DNA of 58,493 bases, the filler included, from Squatina squatina (taxonomy: Eukaryota): the NCBI GenBank assembly GCA_031763465.1. It is 4 parts of 4 records of this genome, joined end to end, with 100 filler letters (N's around TTAATTAATTAA, not from the genome) between each part and the next. Parts side by side here need not be neighbours in the genome. Positions count along the whole stretch, not along the records: positions 43,834 to 58,493 come from JARFOE010704616.1; 3 more parts are not named here. One strand, 5' to 3'. Numbering within the stretch: the stretch's first letter is position 1; the number at the start of each line of letters is the position of its first letter. Below, one piece after another: positions 50,553 through 58,493 of this stretch. Under the pieces are notes generated by a model that was not told the DNA's origin, did not search any database, and saw only the letters and a list, made by a program, of their open reading frames with translations. The position numbers and the translations under genes were made by a program.

Positions 50553-52225
50553 ACGAGAGTGATGAGAGCCCGGTTGGGTTAATAGTTTGAATGCTGAGAG
50601 CCCGGTTGGGTTAGTAGTTAGAGTGGCGAGAGCCCGGTTGAGTGAGTAGTTAGAGTGGTGAGAGCCCGGTTGGGTCAGTAGTTAGAATGGTGAGAGCCCG
50701 GCTGGGTTAGTAGTTAGAGTGGTGAGAGCCCGGTTAGGTTCGTACTTAGAGTGTTGAGAGCCCGGTTGGGTTTGTAGTTCGATTGCTGAGAGCCGGGTTG
50801 GGTTAGTATTTAGAGTGTTGAGAGCCCGGTTGGGTTAGTAGTTAGAGTGGTGAGAGTGCTACCAACTGAGCCAGGGCGGAACCGGCGATAAAAACGGCTT
50901 CAGCACATATCACAATGTGTGATCACACATCTGAATCTATCTTCTATCGCTGTGAAACTTGTTAGTGCAGCATAATTGCTCCTTTAATGCAGTTTGCACA
51001 CTTTTGCAACGTTGCTGCTCCGTATGTGCAGCCCCGGGGGAACAAATACTGAGAGCCTGACCACTGACACTCTGGCTGCCTTCACTACAGAAGTTGCTCC
51101 ATTTGCCCTGCATCAACTGGGCAGATGAGCAGTTACTTTAACTGACTGGAGGACACAATTGGAATAAAAATTCACAGAGCTCTGGCTATAGGGGCGGGGG
51201 GGATGGATGGGGGTCGGTGGGGGAGCTTTCAGGAGCTCATGGACCGACTGTGTACTCCCAACATTCTCAATCTTTATGTCAGATTTCCAGAATTTGCAGT
51301 TTTCTGTGTTGATCCCCAATCCCTTGTGCGCCCATCTTGGAGGGTTTTTTTCTCGTGTATCCGTCCTGTGCTATTTCACTGCCTGCTGAGATGATCGTTG
51401 TGCATCATTGACCAGTTTTCATTCCTCTTACTTTATTAAAACATGTTTACCAGCTGTTTAGCTCATCAACTGCCATTTTGTGAGATGAGGTCGGCATTTC
51501 TGCCTCTCTGCTTCTCCTTGGTTATCTTGGTTCTCTCCAATCCCCATTTTAAGGGACTCAATTATCTTCTAATTTCTAGCTCTGATGGATGTTCTGTCCC
51601 CAAATATCAATCTGTCTCTTGAGATTCTGTTGGCCCTGCGGTTTATATCCAGCACTTGCTGGGAATTGGGTTGGATTCAGTGAGCTGAACTTTGCTGAAA
51701 AGGACCAGGATGAAATTGACGGGGCAAACTTCATGGCCTTGTTGTCCCTGATCCGTGCCTGCTGGAGGTGCTCCCGGGGCACAACGGGCAGTTTTGGCAC
51801 TGTCGGCGCAGGGCTCGCCTAGCGGGACATGAAAGTCCTGGTTTGTGGAGATGCCCAGAGGAGACGCCTCTGCGGCCCGGCGTGGCGCTGATACCGGCAG
51901 CGCACGCTGATTGTGACATCATCACCGTGCGTGCCGCCCCACGAGCGACCCGGCAGGATATCCGTCACCAAAAATGATGCGTGCACCTGGGGTTAGCAGC
52001 AACGGCAAAAGCTGTCGATGCACAGTCAGCCCCAGAAACGCCGCCATAAATAAAAACACAATGAGACATTTGCTACGAGGTGCAGCAGTGAAGAGGAGGG
52101 TGGTCATATACTCGGGCCCATGTTGTTGCAGCAACAACTTCCAGAGGTTAGCAACCAGGAAAACATTGTCTTTGATTGCTTCATAGTTATCCAAGGCCAG
52201 TCTTGAGATTCATTCACTTAGCACC

Positions 52226-53637
52226 ATGGGTGTAGTCCTGGCAGTCGACCATCTCCTGCTGCTCCACCTAAGGAGGTACCTGATTAGACGGAGGAGGTGG
52301 AGGCAAATACATCGTCAAAGGGCGCAGCAGAGAGATGCCCAAAGGAGACGGGTAGTTGAGGCAGCCCCAGCACAGCAAATGGAAGAACCCGAAGCGACAG
52401 AGCAACCAGCAGATTGGCACAGGCACAGACCACACAACAGGGGAAGGGGGCGGCATCCCCACCCACAAGCAGTCTCACCAGCTCCACATCGTCAAGAGGG
52501 TGAAGGTCGAGGAAGGAACCGTGCCAGTGTGCAAAGGAGGTCTTAACCCCATAGGATCTTCCATCAACAATTCTCTTGCCTCAACTTCTGTGAGGACTAT
52601 GTGTTTGAAGACTTCACTTCTCCAGGGAGATCATTACAGAGCTGTGCCATCTGCACACTCAAGATCTGGAGCCTCAAACAAGGATGAGGACAGCTCTCTC
52701 AATAGCAGTGAAGGTCACAATAGCCCTCAACTTCTATGCCACTGGAGATATGAGCAACATTTCACAATTTGCCGTTCATTGCGTCATCAGAGATGTCACA
52801 GATGCTCTCAACAGAAGGAGAAGGCAATACATATCATTCCCCATGGCTAGAGAGAAACAGCTGGAGTGCTCAACTGGGTTCGACAGAATGGCAGATTTCC
52901 GATGGTGCAGGGTGCAATCGCCTGCACTCACGTAGCCATAAGGGCACCAGATAGTCATCCAGAGCAGTTCCGCAACTGCAAGAGCTTCTTGTCTTTCAAT
53001 GTCCAGTTGGTGTGCGATCACAACTGAATTATAATAGTGGTGAATGCCCAGTGCCCACGACGCTTTCATGTTGCATCAGAGTGGGGTGCCCGCATAGTTT
53101 CAGGGGCCAAATCTACCACGTAGTTGGTTACTGGGAGACAAAGGTTACGCCTTGCAAACATGGCTCATGACACCTGTTCGGGACCCCCACACTGCAGCCG
53201 AGCACGCTTACAATGAGAGTCATGCTGCAACAAGGAACATTATCGAGCAAACCAACGGTGCACTCAAGCAACGTCTCCGCTGCCTTGACAGATCAGAGTG
53301 AGTGCTGCAGTCCTCACCTGACCATGTCTCCTTATTTGTAATAGCGTGTTGTATGCTGCACAACCTGGGCATCATGAGGGCACAACCACTCGAGGATGAG
53401 GCTGCACCCGCCGAGCCCCAACAACCAGCGGGAGCTCAACAACAACCTCAGCAGGAGGATGTCGAGGAGGAGAAGCCTGAGGATAATGATGAGGAGGAGG
53501 AAGAATCAGATGATGATGATGAGGAGGAGGAGCAGGAGGACCTTGAAGTGGGAGAGGCTAGGGCTCGCAGACCTGTTGTCAGGCAGGATGCAGCAAGGGA
53601 GGTGCGCAATAACCTCATTGCTGCTCGATTCCAGTAG
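52226..53637 (+). pseudogene. Harbinger DDE transposase (HARBI1-like), inactivated
   Basis: Collinear motifs RTALSIAVKVTIALNFYATG, ISQFAVHCVIRDVTDAL, VQGAIACTHVAI (GAID changed to GAIA), [60 protein letters not shown], acidic tail, LIAARFQ*. Contains several stops, frameshifts and small deletions. Confidence 0.9.
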
Positions 53638-53849
53638 TTGCGAGCTGCACCACTTTCCACTCACAAGACTTGCACAACAAGTACAAGTGGCCCTTCATGA
53701 GTAAGGTCCCCTCCCCAAAACAATCCTCACATTTGCATGCTGCATCCATTGTAGAGTCTGGAATGAAACGGAGACACAACTGTGTCCAAAATCAATGACA
53801 TTTATAAAGAACAAACAAAAAACAATACGTAACAGTGCTAAATCTATTC

Positions 53850-55790
53850 GCCCTTGTGCATTTCCTTATATCTCCTCTTTAACTTCCCCACTCTTTGGCT
53901 CCTCCTCGGTGTGTCCCCTGTGGCTGCAGCAGGGCTACTGGAAGGCTACTGCAACAAAGAAGGGGTCACCACAGGTGTCCCTTTGGATCGCCCTCGAGTA
54001 GCTTTGGCCCTGGTGGGCCAGCTTCAGACTGCCCCATCGCAGGCGGTGCGGCGGCAGTCACAGCTGCCTGGGTTTCAGCCATGGGCAAATGCAATGGCGG
54101 AGCGGCAGTGGTGGGAGAGTCAATGCTCTCATCCTGAGAGAGAAGAGCACATCCAGCCTCCTCATCGGCACTGCCACTCCCCCGGGACGTCTGCAGTTTA
54201 ACCACATCAGTATGCGTGAGAACAGATTGTTGTGTTTGCGTTCAGACGCCAGATCGCCAGTGCACTGTCATGGACCCAGAGGCGATAGCAGCTGAGACTC
54301 CATGACATTGCCAAGCCTCTGCATTGCATCATGCTGAGACTGCATGAAAGCAGTCACAGCATCCATGCGCATAAAGAACGACTGCACGGCATCTTCAACA
54401 GTGGCATCATGTTGAGACTGAAGGAGAGCAGTCTGAGCATGAATGTCGTCAGCCGTTGACTCCAGTGCTGCTGCAAGATGTTGCATGGCCGGGACCTGGG
54501 CAGCAAAAGAGGATGCCACTTCGCGCATGAAGCGAGTCGGGACATCTGGATCTGGCCAGTGATGATGCGAGTCCACCAACGCAGGCAAACTTGCAATGAT
54601 GGACTCGAACGCGTTTGCAGAGCACTCTGCAATTCTGGAGCTTGGCTCCTCAATGGTCCTGATCAGTTGGTCAATGCTCTCTGACACCCTTGCCATTGCA
54701 TCTGTTAAGTTATGATGCATGGCCAGAACCCTCTCTGGGACAGCCTCTCCCTCGATGTACTCACCTGTTTCGACCTCAGCAGGACTCTCTCCAGATACCT
54801 GGCCCACTAGCTTCCCTTTGCCGCTTATCCTGCTGCAGCCCACTACTTCCCGGTCTAGCGTGAGGTGAATGTCTCTGAGCTGGTGCTGGTGGTGGAATAA
54901 AGAGCTGACGATGCAAATAACAACCCCTCCCCCTCCCCTCTCCCTTCCCTTACCCCTCCCTCTGTTCCGGACCCTCCCCCTCCCCCTCTTCTGTCTCTGT
55001 TGCTTCTTCTGCCTCCTCCGTTAAGCTGCTCCATAAGATGGCATAAGAGCTGATTCCTCTGCAATAACAAATAGCGCATACTTTAGATGCACACATGTGG
55101 AATCAAGCATGTCCACACCGGGCATGCCCACATTCATCTAGCTTCCTGCACTCAAGGTGAAGTGCCTTCATACCCTACTCACACACTTAATGTTGCCAGT
55201 CACTGGATCTGTATGGTCCTGGGCAACAGGGTCCGTGACTTGCAGGCCGATCAGATGCAGCACCCTCTCCTCCTGGTCTGTTAGGGACATGACTGTTGGT
55301 GGGCCACCATCGGTTCCACGTTGTGTGGCGCTATCTGCCATAAACTTGGCCTGCAAATGAAACGGCATTGTCTTAGAATCATGATATGGCAACATCTGCA
55401 AGGTCATCTTTCAATGGAGATACATACATCATTAGCGGCAGCTAACAAGAGTAAAAGGTCATAAAGATTCAGGAATGAGGACTGCATTTAGTGTGTAACT
55501 ATTCTATGCTGTAATGACGTCCTCCTCTTTCACAGAGCAAGTGGCACTCACCCGCACCAGACAAGTTAAGTCGTTGAACTTCTTGCGGCACTGGGTGGTT
55601 GTCCGCACTTCCACATCAGCAGAAGATACCTCAGTGGCAAAAGCCTGCCACACTGCCTGATGTACTGAGCGGGCAGCTCTTCTTCCGGTGGGAGAGTACA
55701 ACTGCCCCCTCCTCTTCTCCACCGATGGAACCAGCATCTTGAGTGCCACACCAATAAATCTCCTGCTCCGTCGGGATACTTCCAACATGA
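53850..55790 (-). pseudogene. Harbinger ORF2, spliced Myb/SANT-like DNA-binding protein (NAIF1/MSANTD-like), decayed
   Basis: Exon 1 (~55790-55552): RF..VALKMLV..VEKRRGQLY...WQAFATEVSS....RTTTQCRKKFNDL..LVR|gtgagt. Exon 2 from 55350 (ttgcag|GCC): AKFMADSATQRGTDGGPP....LTDQEERVLHLIG. Exon 3 from ~55058 has an acidic/Ser-Thr segment and a coiled-coil-like ORF (54268-54843), with stops. Confidence 0.8.
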
Positions 55791-56659
55791 TTGGTGGCAG
55801 CAACAAATTTTTCCCAGAGCCAAACAAGCTGCTGTACTGTGAGTAGCCAGGCTTTTATGTGAATCAAGGCAGTGGGAACGAGATGTGTCACATGAAAGTG
55901 GTTGGTAAATTCAAGAGAGCGCCCCTCCAGCGCCTCTATGCAGCTGTCAGCACCTGCGACAGCGCCACACCTGGAAATCACAAAAAACTGAAATGAATTT
56001 CCCAGCACCCAGACACGAGTAATGCCAGGTGCTGTTGTGGCACTATTGTGGCACTATTCCCTGCTGCAACATTCCCAGCACGGTGTTCACAAATCTCTAG
56101 CGCTGAGTGTCCTCTCCCAAGCAAAGCCACATTGGAATGACTGAAGAGAATTGACTCCAAGGCTGACATGGCGCCAGGTGTTGTGTGACAGTGCCCATGC
56201 TATCTGCTGAACAAAGACCCCAGACCCAATCCAATACTAACAAAGCACTGCTAATGGCAGAATAAGTCACCGGGACCCTGAATGTCTATCTCTCAGTATC
56301 ATTGCAGGCAAGCACTGGTCACATGTGCAGCGTCAGGCAGCTTCTGATCCATCACAGAGGTCCCCAGGTCTGCTGGATTCCCAAGAGTGCAGGGTGTCGT
56401 TTGCATTCCGGCTTTTAAATGCAATGCAACAGATAAATGGCACGGGTTGTAATCAAACAAGATGCAACTCACATCAAGCACCGTCAAACAATCCTGCAGG
56501 GCAATGCATGATTCACAGAGAGCTTCCACAAGACCTTCAATTTGAGCAAATCCTCGGCATCACTTTTACTTGAAGGGGAACAGAAGATTGAAAGGCTGGC
56601 TCTGGGAGGGGGCTAACAAGGAAGAGAATACAAGCGGGTAGAAGTGATGCTGCAGCTTT

Positions 56660-56870
56660 CTTTTATTCATTAAACTGACAAGGCCAGCATTTATTGCCCA
56701 TCCCTAATTGCCCATTGAGAAGGTGGTGGCGAGCCGCCTTATACAACTGAGTGGCTTGCTAGGCAGCTCTCAGAGGGCAGTTAAGGGTCAACTACATTGC
56801 TGTGGGCCTGGAGTCACATATAGGCTTGACTGGGTCAGGATGGCAGATTTCTTTGCCGAAGGACATTAAC
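56660..56870 (-). mobile_element. SINE 3' part (family of 16430-16690 and 14198-14287)
   Basis: GGCCAGCATTTATTGCCCATCCCTAATTGCCC..GAGAAGGTGGTGG..CAACTGAGTGGCTTGCTAGG; reverse complement matches the tail at 14198-14287. Confidence 0.7.
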
Positions 56871-56879
56871 AGTAACAAC

Positions 56880-57428
56880 TGTATACAAAGCTCTATTTGG
56901 ACCACACCTGGAGGGAGCACTGTGAGCAGTTCTGGGCACCACACCTTAGAAGGATATATTAGCTTAGGAGTGAGTGCAGTATAGGTTCACCAGAATACCT
57001 GGACTTCAAGGGTCAAATTACACGGAAAGATTATGCAAACGAGGGTTGTGTTCCCTGGAATTTTTAAGGTTAAGGGGTGATTTGATCGAAGTTTTCAAAA
57101 TATTAAAGAGAACAGAGAGGGTGGATAGTGAGAAACTATTTCCACTGGTTGGGGAGTCTCGAACTCGGAGACATAGCCTAAAAATTAGGGCCAGACCTTT
57201 CAGGAGTGAATATAGGAAACACTTTTACACACAAAGGGTGGTAGGAGTTTGATGCTGGGTCAGTTGTTCATTTTAAATCTGAGATTGATAGATTTTTGTT
57301 AACCAAAGATATTAAGGGGTGTGGGGCAAAGGCGGGTATATGGAATTTGGTCACAGATCAGCTCTGATCTCCTTGAATGGCGGAACAGGCTTGAGGGGCT
57401 AAATGGCCTTCGCCTATGTTCCTATGTT
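56880..57428 (+). mobile_element. CR1 LINE 3' end
   Basis: RLRGDLIEVFKILK...LFPLVGESRTRRHSLKIRARPFRSEYRKHFYTQRVV; tail CCTATGTTCCTATGTT. Confidence 0.9.
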
Positions 57429-57429
57429 T

Positions 57430-57750
57430 AACACCACCCACACACAGCAAGACCCAGGTACAGTGAGCACCTGTAACTACAGGAGTGGTCATTGAACATA
57501 CGGATGGGATCCTGAAGCAGCACTTCAGATATCTGAATGATCCCGGGTGGGGTCTTACATTCCATTGCTCCCACAGTCACAAGAATGATCATCGTTTGCT
57601 GTATCACAGCTTTATTCTGCAAAGAGGCGTCAGCGTAGGGGGAATAAGAGCAGAACCCACCAGCCTGACAACAGGAAGCCAAGGGGAAGAATGATAAATT
57701 AGCCACAAAACCACCAGTGCAGTGCAAAGGATTGATGCGACAGGCACTAA
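57430..57750 (+). mobile_element. Harbinger transposase C-terminal fragment
   Basis: VIEHTDGILKQHFRYL..PGWGL resembles [19 protein letters not shown] at ~53240. Confidence 0.6.
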
Positions 57751-57754
57751 TTCA

Positions 57755-58055
57755 TTTCAATAAGGTCCCACAGAAGAGGTTAGTGTGTAAAATTAAAGCA
57801 CACGGGATTGGGGGTGTACTGGCATGGGGAGAGAACTGGTCGACAGACAGGAAACAGAGAGTCGGAATAAACGGGTCTCTTTTGGGGTGGCAGGCAGTGA
57901 CTAGTGGGGTACCGCAGGGATCAGTGCTTGGGCCCCAGCTGTTCACAATGTGTATCAATAATTTGGATGAGGGAACTAAATGTAACATTTCCAAGTTTGC
58001 AGATGACACAAAGCTTGGGGGGAATGTGAGCTGTGAGGAAGATGCAAAGAGGCTC
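57755..58055 (+). mobile_element. CR1 LINE reverse transcriptase fragment
   Basis: FNKVPQKRLVCKI, RKQRVGING, VTSGVPQGSVLGPQLF, SKFADDTKLGG. Confidence 0.95.
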
Positions 58056-58493
58056 AAATGTGGAATTTGTATGGGTGGAGCTAAGATACACCAAGGGGCA
58101 GAAAACGTTAGCGGGAGTTGTATATGGACCCCCAAATAGTAGTGGTGAGGTTGGGGATAACATTAGACAGGAAATTAGAGATGCGTGCAGTAAGGATGCA
58201 GCTGTAATCATGGGTGACTTTAATCTACATATAGATTGGGCTAACCAAATTAGGAATAATATTGTGGAGGAGGAATTCCTGGAGTGTATAAGGGATGGCT
58301 TTCTGGACCAATATGTTGAGGAACCAACTAGAGAACAGGCCATCCTAGACTGGGTATTATGTAATGAGAAAGGATTAATTAGCAATCTTGTTGTGCGAGG
58401 CCCCTTGGGGAAGAGTGACCATAATATGATAGAATTCTTCATTAAGATGGAGAGTGACGTAGTTGATTCTGAGACTAGGGTCCTGAATCTAAA
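58056..58493 (+). mobile_element. CR1 LINE endonuclease fragment, runs off the window end
   Basis: WVELR..KGQKTLAGVVYGPPNS, VIMGDFNLHIDW, FLECIRDGFLDQYVEEPTREQAILDWVL, LGKSDHNMIEF. Confidence 0.93.

Larger units (their letters stand above)
46361..50858. repeat. 32-bp minisatellite in three blocks (~46361-47715, ~48531-49742, ~50556-50858), about 90 units
   Basis: Consensus GGGTTAGTAGTTAGAGTGGTGAGAGCCCGGAT; period 32 checked at 47461/47493. Confidence 0.95.
51721..56300. mobile_element. Decayed two-gene PIF/Harbinger DNA transposon (boundaries approximate)
   Basis: Convergent transposase (+) and Myb/SANT-like (-) genes after a GC-rich subterminal region; matching TIR pair not identified. Confidence 0.8.

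Noticed and set aside
46361-50858. CRISPR-like array of 32-bp repeats
   Set aside because: Units are head-to-tail with no unique spacers, there are no cas genes, and the context is vertebrate. It is a minisatellite.
52226-55790. Domesticated host genes HARBI1 and NAIF1
   Set aside because: Multiple stops and frameshifts and the transposon-type convergent layout indicate a dead element.
57921-58442. 173-aa minus-strand ORF (likewise 27328-27735 +)
   Set aside because: Antisense shadow frames of CR1 and RTE coding sequence.

Overview
Eukaryotic vertebrate genomic DNA, most consistent with a cartilaginous fish (Deu-domain SINEs, dense CR1/L2 LINE debris, GC-rich Harbinger elements). It comes from a very fragmented assembly: many 100-N gaps, plus three artificial N44-TTAATTAATTAA-N44 spacers that split the window into four probably unlinked blocks. 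Block 1 (1-17164) holds the 353-bp coding exon 2 of a type II pantothenate kinase (PANK3-like, minus strand) and a long imperfect inverted repeat at about 7741-8585. Block 2 (17265-31055) is non-coding, with a decayed Harbinger transposase, a 5'-truncated RTE LINE and a duplicated microexon-like cassette. Block 3 (31156-43733) holds six plus-strand CLASP2 exons and an intronic Gypsy LTR-PBS-gag relic. Block 4 (43834-58493) is repeat-only: a G-rich simple repeat, a 32-bp minisatellite carrying a duplicated ~0.8-kb TIR element, a decayed two-gene PIF/Harbinger transposon (DDE transposase plus spliced Myb/SANT gene) and CR1 fragments. I found no convincing novel biological system. The best candidates for follow-up are the long inverted repeat, the composite minisatellite/MITE higher-order repeat and the duplicated microexon-like unit. 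Gene names rest on recalled human protein sequences, not on a database search, and repeat boundaries are approximate.
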